A stretch of DNA of 64,000 nt from Desulfatiglandales bacterium (GTDB lineage: Bacteria; Desulfobacterota; DSM-4660; Desulfatiglandales; Desulfatiglandaceae), in NCBI GenBank assembly GCA_963662465.1, contig OY759599.1, forward strand, positions 480,001-544,000. The letters are read 5' to 3'. This document shows positions 1 to 8,017 of the stretch, in pieces. Made by a program: the position numbers and the translations under genes. Within the stretch, counting starts at the first letter, position 1. Every line of letters starts with the position of its first letter. Below the pieces are notes generated by a model. It saw only the letters and a list, made by a program, of their open reading frames with translations. It did not search any database and was not told the DNA's origin.

Positions 1-549
1 TTCCAGGGCGTCAAGGACTTTTTCAGGGGCCAGACTTCGATAGGGTCCCCTGGCATAGGGAACGATGCAGTAAGTGCAGAAGGATCGGCACCCATCCTGG
101 ATTTTCAGATATGCCCTTGTTCGGCCCGGGAAGTTATGAATGACAAGGGAATCGAAGGGCGTTCCGGGTTCGAAGGCCGGCAACACAAGGGTTTTCTGGT
201 GGGGAGTGGAAGGTTCCATCAAAAGACGTGGGATTTTGGCCTTGACCCGGTTGTTGGCGATGAGGTCGATGCCGTCAATGGCCTCAAGTTCTTCCGGAAA
301 TACCTGAGCATAGCAGCCGATGGCCGCAATACGGCTTTCGGGATTTTCCCGGATGGCTTTGCGAATGGCCTGTCGGGACTGGTGTGCCGCCTTGTGGGTG
401 ACGATGCAGGTGTTTATGACCACCACATCAGGGGATTTTCCATGTTTTTCCGAATGCCAGCCGGCGTGCGTCAGGGATTCCTCGATAAAAGCGGATTCAT
501 ATTGATTGACCTTGCAACCGAGGGTAATTACTTTAAATGTCTTGAACAA
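1..549 (-). CDS. mtaB: tRNA threonylcarbamoyladenosine methylthiotransferase (radical SAM), runs off the window start
   Basis: Absent from the ORF track. Manual minus-strand translation from TTG at 549 (AGGAGG upstream) gives FKVITLGCKVNQYES..., later RAYLKIQDGCRSFCTYCIVP (CxxxCxxC). Adjacent to mnmA. Confidence 0.85.
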   Translation of the reverse strand, partial: MFKTFKVITLGCKVNQYESAFIEESLTHAGWHSEKHGKSPDVVVINTCIVTHKAAHQSRQAIRKAIRENPESRIAAIGCYAQVFPEELEAIDGIDLIANNRVKAKIPRLLMEPSTPHQKTLVLPAFEPGTPFDSLVIHNFPGRTRAYLKIQDGCRSFCTYCIVPYARGPYRSLAPEKVLDALE

Positions 550-1603
550 TCCAGCCTCCTCCCAGCACCTGGTCCCCATCGTATAACGCCAGTGCCTGCC
601 CCGGCGTTACGGCCATTTGGGGCTCATCGAAGATAAATCGTGCGGCGCCGGATGAGATCATCTCCAAACGTCCGGAGGCCGGCTTATGCCGATAGCGGAT
701 CTGGGCGCTCAGGGTAGCATGTTCGGTGGGTTCAAAAGGACTAATCCAGTGAAAATCCGTTGCAAACACTTCCGTTGAAAAAAGATCTTCCCGCCTCCCC
801 ACGATCACCCGATTGCTCTCCGGTTCCAGTGCTTTCACATAATAGGGTCTGGAAGAGGCAATGCCCAGTCCATGTCGTTGACCGATGGTATAGCGGTGAA
901 TGCCCTTATGTTCCCCCACGATCTTGCCATGAAGATTGATGATGGGGCCTTTCATGGGTATCTCGGACTTTCTTCGCGATTCGACAACGTGGCGATAGTC
1001 CATTCCGGGGATAAAACAGATCTCCTGGCTTTCGCGGTCTTCATGGCAGACAATGCCCATTTCGCGGGCACGATTTCGGGTTTGTGTTTTGAGCATATGG
1101 CCCAGGGGGAAAATGGTTTTTGAAAGATGGCGTTGGCTCAACCGGTGAAGGAAATAGGATTGGTCTTTTTGGGGATCTTTGCCTCTCCACAGGGTGATGG
1201 GGATGTTCCTGCCCGCTCTTTTGATGCGAACGTAATGACCCGTTGCCATGAAATGAAATGGGTGCGTCGCCCCATGGCGCAGCATCTGTTCAAATTTGAT
1301 GAGTGGATTGCAGCGAACACAGGGATTGGGGGTTCGTCCGTTCAGATAGGCATTCACAAAGGGTGCGATCAAATCTCGTTCAAAAATGCTTCTCAGATCT
1401 ACCGTATCCAAGCTGATGGCAAGGTATTCAGAGATTTCCTGAACCCTTGCCATGCGTTGCTGGATGATAACTTCAGATGACGGGAGAATGAAATGAAGCC
1501 CGTAGACCCGATGCCCCGCCGCTTTCAAAAGAGCGGCCGCCAGTGAACTGTCCACACCCCCGCTCAGGGCCACGAGTATATTTAAGGGTTTTTTGACGTT
1601 CAC
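533..1603 (-). CDS. mnmA: tRNA 2-thiouridine(34) synthase
   Basis: SGGVDS PP-loop, TPNPCVRCN, KDQSYFL, ESQEICF, YTIGQRHGLG, AVTPGQ motifs. Confidence 0.95.
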   Translation of the reverse strand: MNVKKPLNILVALSGGVDSSLAAALLKAAGHRVYGLHFILPSSEVIIQQRMARVQEISEYLAISLDTVDLRSIFERDLIAPFVNAYLNGRTPNPCVRCNPLIKFEQMLRHGATHPFHFMATGHYVRIKRAGRNIPITLWRGKDPQKDQSYFLHRLSQRHLSKTIFPLGHMLKTQTRNRAREMGIVCHEDRESQEICFIPGMDYRHVVESRRKSEIPMKGPIINLHGKIVGEHKGIHRYTIGQRHGLGIASSRPYYVKALEPESNRVIVGRREDLFSTEVFATDFHWISPFEPTEHATLSAQIRYRHKPASGRLEMISSGAARFIFDEPQMAVTPGQALALYDGDQVLGGGWIVQDI

Positions 1604-1636
1604 GGTTTCACATCAATCGCGGATGCCGCATTTTTC

Positions 1637-1669
1637 AATCCGCATTCCGCAATCCGCATTCCGCAATCC
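1637..1669. repeat. Heptamer tandem repeat (AATCCGC/ATTCCGC)n; second copy at about 55624-55649
   Basis: aatccgc attccgc aatccgc attccgc aatcc read directly. Confidence 0.8.
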
Positions 1670-1671
1670 CT

Positions 1672-2097
1672 TTAGTCCAGGAGGGCTTTGTTGAATTTGA
1701 CTTCCATGGCGCGGGCCGGGCAAGCGGCCACGCACCATTCGCATGCACTGCATTTTTCTTTGTCAAAGACCACCTCCATTTCCGGTCTCTTGATGCTGAG
1801 GGCGCCGGTGGGGCAGACCGCCGTACAGGCGCCGCAGTGAAAACACTTGTCGTCGTTCCGCTTGATGTCCTCGCCGATGCTCTCCACTTTGATGCCGAGA
1901 TCTTTGAGGTACTGAATCCCTTCTTTATAGTTCTTCTTGTGGCCGCTTAATTGTAGGACCATAAGGCCTTCTTTTCGCGGATAAATGACGGCTTTCAGAA
2001 TGTTAAATGAGAGATCGAACTTTTTAACAAGCGTTGCGGCAATCGGTTCGTCAACGGTCGTTTTGGGAAACCTGAGTGAAATGGTCTTTGAATACAT
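1672..2097 (-). CDS. NIL domain + 2x[4Fe-4S] ferredoxin protein
   Basis: N-terminal FNILKA motif; two CxxCxxCxxxCP motifs. Confidence 0.85.
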   Translation of the reverse strand: MYSKTISLRFPKTTVDEPIAATLVKKFDLSFNILKAVIYPRKEGLMVLQLSGHKKNYKEGIQYLKDLGIKVESIGEDIKRNDDKCFHCGACTAVCPTGALSIKRPEMEVVFDKEKCSACEWCVAACPARAMEVKFNKALLD

Positions 2098-2127
2098 GGT
2101 TTATTTCTCCCTTTTGCCTGTCACCCA

Positions 2128-3306
2128 TCAATATTTTTTGATGACCCTTTCAAAGCCCGGAAGGGAATTTAAGACGGTTGCTTCAGAAACGCAATAGGCA
2201 ATTCTGAAGTGGCCTGGGCCCAAAAATCCGCTCCCTGGAACCGTTAGAATGTTTTCCTCCTGAAGCGCCGCGATAAAGGCGACGTCGTCTTCGATGGGGG
2301 ATCTGGGGAACAGGTAGAATGCCCCTTCCGGCTTTTCGAATTGGTAGCCGAAGGACCAGAGGGCGTCGCAAAGTATGTCCCTGTTTTTCTGATATGGGGA
2401 GATGTCCACGCTGTCATTGAGCAGGTGGGCGATCGCCCGCTGCATGAGGGCGGGGGCATTGACATACCCCAGGGTGCGGTTGCAGAAAACCATGCCGGCC
2501 AGAACCATGCCCTTATCGGACATGTCGGGATGAACCGCCGCGTAACCGATCCTTTCGCCCGGGAGCGACAGGTCTTTGGAAAAGGAGGTTACCAGGAAGC
2601 TCTCGGAATAGGCGTCGAAAATGCTGGGAACCTTCACCCCGTCATAGACGATTTTACGGTAGGGTTCATCGGAAATCAGGTATATGGGATTTCCTTTTTT
2701 GGCGCTGTGATGGGCCAGAAGATCCGCTAATTTTCCAATCTCTTCCGCCGTGTAGACTTTCCCGGTGGGGTTGTTGGGCGAATTAATCAGGACCGCTTTT
2801 GTTTTTTCGGTGATGGCTCCCTCGATAAGATCCAGGTCAAAGGAAAAATCCGGGTGAGTCGCCACGGGTCTGGGGACACCCTGGTGATTGCCCAGGTAGA
2901 AATTGTATTCCACAAAATAGGGTTTGGGAATGATCACTTCATCTTCCGGATCGAGGATGGTTTTCAAAACCACATTGAGACCGCCGCCCGCGCCCACGGT
3001 CATGACAATCTCTTCCGGCGTAAATGCGGCCTTATTGTAGGTGTTCAGATAATCCGCCACAGCCTGGCGGGTTTCAAGAAAACCGGCATTGGGCATATAG
3101 GCGTGTTGGCCGGGACGGGGATCCGCGACCAACTCGGTCAGGATTTGATTGAGTTTGGGAGGCGGTTCCAGATTGGGATTTCCTAGGCTGAAATCAAAGA
3201 CATTTTCCGGTCCATACTGCTTTTTTCGTTTGGCGCCTTCCTCGAACATTTTCCGGATGAAGGAGGACCTTTCAATGGCAGCTTGGATGTTTCGCGATGC
3301 AGACAT
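2128..3306 (-). CDS. PLP-dependent class I/II aminotransferase (aspartate aminotransferase-like)
   Basis: FSLGNP, NSPNNPTG, SDEPY, SFSKDLSLPGERIG. Confidence 0.92.
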   Translation of the reverse strand: MSASRNIQAAIERSSFIRKMFEEGAKRKKQYGPENVFDFSLGNPNLEPPPKLNQILTELVADPRPGQHAYMPNAGFLETRQAVADYLNTYNKAAFTPEEIVMTVGAGGGLNVVLKTILDPEDEVIIPKPYFVEYNFYLGNHQGVPRPVATHPDFSFDLDLIEGAITEKTKAVLINSPNNPTGKVYTAEEIGKLADLLAHHSAKKGNPIYLISDEPYRKIVYDGVKVPSIFDAYSESFLVTSFSKDLSLPGERIGYAAVHPDMSDKGMVLAGMVFCNRTLGYVNAPALMQRAIAHLLNDSVDISPYQKNRDILCDALWSFGYQFEKPEGAFYLFPRSPIEDDVAFIAALQEENILTVPGSGFLGPGHFRIAYCVSEATVLNSLPGFERVIKKY

Positions 3307-3466
3307 AATTCAAAATCTCCTGTTCAATGCTGTTGAGGCCCAAGCATAGCGTTTTAGGCCGGGTTGTCAATAGTAAAGTCCTCTATTATTATCTTTCCCG
3401 CAACGAGAATCTATAGTAAAAACTGCATTCGGAGATATTGGGTTCCCCTTTCAAGGTGGAGGCATT

Positions 3467-3952
3467 GTGAGCTTACGGAAAATCTTTTTTGTTGTTCAGG
3501 TCTGCATGGTCCTTTTGGTTTCAAGCGCCGTCCAGGCGGGTGCGTATCCGGGGTCCACGGATGTTTTGCAGCGGTTGTCCGAACGAGTGATCACGGAACT
3601 GGCCGGCAAGGCGGCATGGCGGTTTGCGCCCACGGAACCCGGGGGGAAAAAATACCGGAAAATTCCCTGGAAACCCGGCGACCGGCAAACGGTTGGCATC
3701 TACCTTTTCAGGGAAGAGGGGACCAAAGAAATCCTTCCTTTCGGCAGGCGCCTTCAAAAACAATTGGGTCAGGCAATGGATGGGTCAGACAAGTTCATGT
3801 ATGTGCTTCGCGACATGGACAAATTCTATGATATGAAAAAGCGCGAAACCGATTTCATGATCAATGAAGAGACGGCCGCTTCCGTTTGCTCGCGTTTTGC
3901 GCCGCATATTTCTTTGCTGTATGGTGGTTTTTTCCAGGATAGGGAGTTTTGA
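3467..3952 (+). CDS. Exported hypothetical protein, FlgO/CsgG-like, possibly truncated
   Basis: Signal-peptide-like N-terminus (..VQA-G); stop overlaps the kinase start; family resemblance is weak. Confidence 0.45.
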   Translation: MSLRKIFFVVQVCMVLLVSSAVQAGAYPGSTDVLQRLSERVITELAGKAAWRFAPTEPGGKKYRKIPWKPGDRQTVGIYLFREEGTKEILPFGRRLQKQLGQAMDGSDKFMYVLRDMDKFYDMKKRETDFMINEETAASVCSRFAPHISLLYGGFFQDREF

Positions 3953-6900
3953 TGGGCATTCGAGATTTTTTTAAGAAAGTGCTGTCCACCGGGCAGGCCT
4001 CTATGGTCGAAAAGGCCGATGGCCTTTATGCCTCGGGCGATCTTGAAGGGGCGGTGAAATGCCTGGAAGAGGCCCTTCAGAGCCGGCAGGAGAGCGGCAA
4101 GTCCCTGGCGGTCATGAGGCAGCGATTCAACTCCTATTCCGAAGAACTGCACCTGAAACGCCTGAATGAGCATCGAAACACCCTCGCAGGCGCCGCCTTT
4201 GATACAGGGAACTACAGCCGTATTGAGGGGATATTGTCAGCCCTTGATCGGGGGATCAAAGAATCCGTTTACCGGGGAAAGCCCAAGGCGGAAGCAGAAG
4301 CGCTCTACAAGGAATATTTGGGACCGTTTCAGGACTTGCAGCGGCAGGTTCAGAAGGAAAAGCATGGGGGAATTATCGACCGGATCAGGACGTTGTCGCC
4401 GGAAGAGGAGGCGGATGAATTTGTTACCCTTGTGGAAGAGCTGCGGCGCATGGGCGGCCGCTTGCCCGAAGAGCTTCACGGGGCCTGCAAGATTGCGGAA
4501 GAAAGGAGCTACGTTCTGCCCGACGACCTTCGGGAATTCGCCAATTTTGTGATTGAACGAAAGCTCGGAAACGGAGGATTCGCTTCCGTGTTTCTGGCCT
4601 CCTCCAAAGGGATCGGGTATCAGTCGGCCATCAAGATATTTGCTCCCCAGCCGACGCTGGTGCGGGAATCGGGGATGTCTCTTGGCGAACTCAAAGACCG
4701 CTTCAAGCGGGAGGCTCGCATCATGCTCAGGCTTTCCGAAGAAAGGACCCGTGGGATTGTTAACGTCAGACATTCGGATTTTTACCGGGGGAAACCGTAC
4801 CTTCTCATGGACTATTACCCCAGGAATCTTTCCGACCTGATCGGCGGCGATGAAGAGCTGCTTCAAGGATGCCATGGAAAATTCCTCAGCTATGAAGAGG
4901 GCTTGCCCCTTATCCAGGGTATACTGACGTCTATCCATGGTCTCCACAATCGCCCGTCGCCCATCATTCATCGGGACCTCAAGCCCCCCAACATCCTGCT
5001 GGATAAGGATAACCGCCCCCATATCGCCGACTTCGGTTTGGCCCGTGAAACGAGTCGGATAGATTTACTGTCGAGCGCCTTTCAAAGTTCCACTGGAACC
5101 AATTTTGCTTCCCAATACTACGGTGCTCCCGAGCAGCGGGGGGGCTTCAAGGAAGCCGACCAACGGGCCGACATCTTCTCCTTGGGAGTGATGATTTACC
5201 GCATTTTGACCGGTCGGCTTATCGGTTTTCACGATCAGGAACCCCTGGAATATTATGTAAAGGATCTGAACGCAGAAATGGCTGGTCGTATGAACGACCT
5301 TCTCGGTAAAGCCACCCGGGTGGAACCGAACCAGCGGCTCTCGGATGTTTCTACCTTGCTGGAATTGTTTTCCGCGGAACAGACCACTGTTCAAGTAAAC
5401 GAACCCGTTGCATCCCATTTCTCTGCCGCCGATCAATTTTGCGCCGCCCTGGAAATGGCCTATGCTTTTGCTCCCGATGGGGAGCTTCCAGAGAGCGCAC
5501 GAACAATCGTTGAAGTAAAGGCCCATGAGCTGGGAATGGATGAAGGGGACGCAAAGGCCCTGGAAAAGGATTTCCGATCCCGCCTGGGCCTGGGAGAAGG
5601 CGGACAGGAACGGGTGGTTTCGGCCACTGCCGGGGCCTCGTCCAGCGCTGTTTCCGAAAAAGGCGCGGGAGAGCTCAGCATCACGTCGGAACCTGAGCTG
5701 GCAACAGTTTTTGTGGACGGTGTAGAGCGGGGAAAGACGCCGGTCACCCTGTCGCGCATCGGGGTGGGGAAGCGCACCATCCGTTTGAAACTGGACGGGT
5801 ATTTCCCTGTGAGCAGAATCGAGAGAGTGGCCCCGGACCAGGAGACGAAAATTCATGTGATACTGGAGCCCCAGCTTGGAAGCATCAAGGCCGAGGTCGA
5901 AACCTTCTCGGATGACTATCCTTGCCGATTTTATCTGGACGAAAGCCTCATGGGCAAGACGCCTCTCATGGTAGAGGATGTTTCTGCCGGCGTACACGCC
6001 TGGCGGTTGGAGGCGGAAGCGCACCAGGGGGAAAGCGGGGAGGTGGCGGTAACGCTGGATGAGGAGGCAAAGGTGGTAAAAAAACTGGAGCCTCTGCCGG
6101 GCCGTATTTCTATAAAAAGCGTCCCATCGGGAGCATCCGTCTGGCTGAACGGCAAAAATACGGGGAAGAAAACCGACGGGGAATGGAAATTTAAACCGGG
6201 AACCTGCCGTCTTTTGCTGAAGTTGCCGGGCTATGTGGACGCCGAAAGAGAACTGAAACTCCTGTCCGGAGGTGTTCTGGAAGAGATGTTTACGCTGGTG
6301 CGAAACGCGGCGAGACTCAGTGTGACCAGCGTGCCGGAAGGGGCGGACATTTGGTTGGATGACAAGGACACCGGTCAGAAAACAGATGCGGTACTGGAGG
6401 TGTCGTCGGGTAAACACACGATAGTGTTGAAACGAAACGGCTACCAGGAAGCGAAAAAGGAAGTGGAATTGACTCCGGATAAATTTCAGGAAGTGGAGTT
6501 CCGGCTCAAGAAAGGGAAAACACCTGCTCAGGGCCGTTATGCAGCCATAGGGAGCAACATCGTAAAGGATACTAAAACCGGCTTTGAGTGGCTAACGGGG
6601 CCGGACGAGGACACGACCTGGAAAAAGGCGAAATCCTGGGTGGCCAACCTGAAAACAGATGGCGGTGGCTGGCGCATGCCTACCATGGATGAACTGGAAG
6701 GTATTTATGAGAAGGGGCTTGGGGATCGGAACATGACCCCGTTGCTGGAAACCACTGGATGGTGGGTATGGTCAGGTGAAACTTCAGATTCCTCTGCTGC
6801 CGGGAACTTCGACTTCCACGACGGCAACTGGTTTTGGAGCTGTGGCTCCACCAACAGCAGGGTTTTTGCGGTGCGTTCCCGAAGCGAAGGGATAACGCCT

Positions 6901-7305
6901 GCCGGGTTACAACCTGACAAAATACACGCAGAAATCCGTTATTCAGAAATAGGCAACAAAGTTGTGAAAGACATGAAAACCGGCCTTGAGTGGTTGGCAG
7001 GTGCTGACAAGGACACGAACTGGAATGAGGCGAAAGCCTGGGTGGCTAAACTGAAAACAGATGGAGCTGGCTGGCGTATGCCAAGTATGGATGAACTGGA
7101 AGGCATCTACGAGAAGGGGCTTGGGGATCGGAATATGACGCCGCTTTTGAAGACTACCGGCTGGTGCGTATGGTCAGGTGAAACAAAGGGTTACGCCAAT
7201 GGCAGGGACTTCAACTTCTACCGCGGCGGCAGCTATTTGCTCAACCGTTACGGCGAGCCCCACAGCAAACGGGGGTTTGCGGTGCGTTCCCGAAACGATG
7301 GATAA
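3949..7305 (+). CDS. Hanks-type Ser/Thr kinase with about 4 PEGA repeats and two C-terminal DUF1566 (Lcl) domains; probable DGR target
   Basis: LGNGGFASV, AIK, HRDLKPPN, DFG, APE kinase motifs; SEP/SVP..A.V.LDG PEGA repeats; twice D.KTG.EW...WRMP..DEL...WSG...FAVR. Confidence 0.88.
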   Translation: MMGIRDFFKKVLSTGQASMVEKADGLYASGDLEGAVKCLEEALQSRQESGKSLAVMRQRFNSYSEELHLKRLNEHRNTLAGAAFDTGNYSRIEGILSALDRGIKESVYRGKPKAEAEALYKEYLGPFQDLQRQVQKEKHGGIIDRIRTLSPEEEADEFVTLVEELRRMGGRLPEELHGACKIAEERSYVLPDDLREFANFVIERKLGNGGFASVFLASSKGIGYQSAIKIFAPQPTLVRESGMSLGELKDRFKREARIMLRLSEERTRGIVNVRHSDFYRGKPYLLMDYYPRNLSDLIGGDEELLQGCHGKFLSYEEGLPLIQGILTSIHGLHNRPSPIIHRDLKPPNILLDKDNRPHIADFGLARETSRIDLLSSAFQSSTGTNFASQYYGAPEQRGGFKEADQRADIFSLGVMIYRILTGRLIGFHDQEPLEYYVKDLNAEMAGRMNDLLGKATRVEPNQRLSDVSTLLELFSAEQTTVQVNEPVASHFSAADQFCAALEMAYAFAPDGELPESARTIVEVKAHELGMDEGDAKALEKDFRSRLGLGEGGQERVVSATAGASSSAVSEKGAGELSITSEPELATVFVDGVERGKTPVTLSRIGVGKRTIRLKLDGYFPVSRIERVAPDQETKIHVILEPQLGSIKAEVETFSDDYPCRFYLDESLMGKTPLMVEDVSAGVHAWRLEAEAHQGESGEVAVTLDEEAKVVKKLEPLPGRISIKSVPSGASVWLNGKNTGKKTDGEWKFKPGTCRLLLKLPGYVDAERELKLLSGGVLEEMFTLVRNAARLSVTSVPEGADIWLDDKDTGQKTDAVLEVSSGKHTIVLKRNGYQEAKKEVELTPDKFQEVEFRLKKGKTPAQGRYAAIGSNIVKDTKTGFEWLTGPDEDTTWKKAKSWVANLKTDGGGWRMPTMDELEGIYEKGLGDRNMTPLLETTGWWVWSGETSDSSAAGNFDFHDGNWFWSCGSTNSRVFAVRSRSEGITPAGLQPDKIHAEIRYSEIGNKVVKDMKTGLEWLAGADKDTNWNEAKAWVAKLKTDGAGWRMPSMDELEGIYEKGLGDRNMTPLLKTTGWCVWSGETKGYANGRDFNFYRGGSYLLNRYGEPHSKRGFAVRSRNDG
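6541..7305 (+). repeat. Direct duplication of the DUF1566 domain with divergent 3' segments and an identical 19-nt end
   Basis: TTTGCGGTGCGTTCCCGAA at 6865-6883 and 7276-7294; conserved 5' cores. Confidence 0.85.
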
Positions 7306-7392
7306 TTTGATCATTTGACTTTTTGATCATTTAAACGAGGGAGTACAGGAGGATTTTATCCCCTTGTTCTCGACATTTTTTGAAGGCTTGTT

Positions 7393-7520
7393 TTGGCGCA
7401 ATACGAACATCTTCCCATATATAAAGCGGCTTTTGACCTGCTGGTGTATTTTGAAAAGATCGTGAAAAATTTTTCGAGATACAACGAATACACCCACGGA
7501 ACGGCATTGCAAGAGATTTC
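7393..7520 (+). pseudogene. N-terminal fragment of an Avd-like four-helix-bundle protein (DGR accessory type)
   Basis: MAQYEHLPIYKAAFDLLVYFEKIVKNFSRYNEYTHGTALQEIS; resemblance stops where a palindrome begins. Confidence 0.7.
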
Positions 7521-7555
7521 CGCTCGTTCTCACTCTCTTCGTGGGAACGAGCGGA
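7519..7555. repeat. REP-like palindrome (15-bp stem, 1 mismatch); related half-copy near 8078-8100
   Basis: TCCGCTCGTTCTCAC-tctcttc-GTGGGAACGAGCGGA. Confidence 0.75.
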
Positions 7556-7627
7556 GCTTTTGGTATCTGACATCTTTGGTTCGGAATATCGATTTTTCAC
7601 GTTAATTCGCGTTGCGCCATCTTTATT

Positions 7628-7834
7628 TCAATTCTCGCGTATCATCTGCTCCTCCAGCTTTTCCTTCTGGATTTCAGCAATCTCCGTCATGTCCATACCC
7701 ATCATTGACGCTATATGGTCAGGCCGCATTCCACCCCTGAGCAGAGCCTGGATGATTTCAGCCTTCCCCTTAGCCTTCCCTTTCTCTAACGCCGACAGGC
7801 TACGGCCACAAGCCGGGACAAAATGTTTGAACAC
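7628..7834 (-). pseudogene. Orphan C-terminal fragment of an Rpn/PD-(D/E)XK transposase-like protein
   Basis: EKGKAKGKAEIIQALLRGGM..IASMMGM..EI resembles Rpn C-terminal tails; no nuclease domain. Confidence 0.55.
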
Positions 7835-7973
7835 GATTTAAAAGATTATAATGATGGACAGGATTACCATTGGCCGATAAAATGCAGACAAAATGGTGTA
7901 AAAGGGGAAGGAATTTGTCCGGACGCCGTCTTTTAATCCTGTCCATCTAAGAAATCCTGTTCATCGTGTTCAA
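7827..7973. repeat. MITE-like element with nested inverted repeats
   Basis: TTGAACACGAT (7827)/ATCGTGTTCAA (7963-7973) and GATGGACAGGATTA (7853)/TAATCCTGTCCATC (7934-7947). Confidence 0.65.
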
Positions 7974-8017
7974 GACAATGAGGATGCCCACAGTGACGGA
8001 TAACCCTTTGCCTGTTC

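Noticed and set aside
5065..6417. Long antisense ORFs (also 16568-17557, 35466-36287, 136-636 and similar)
   Set aside because: Shadows of well-supported genes on the opposite strand, with no motifs
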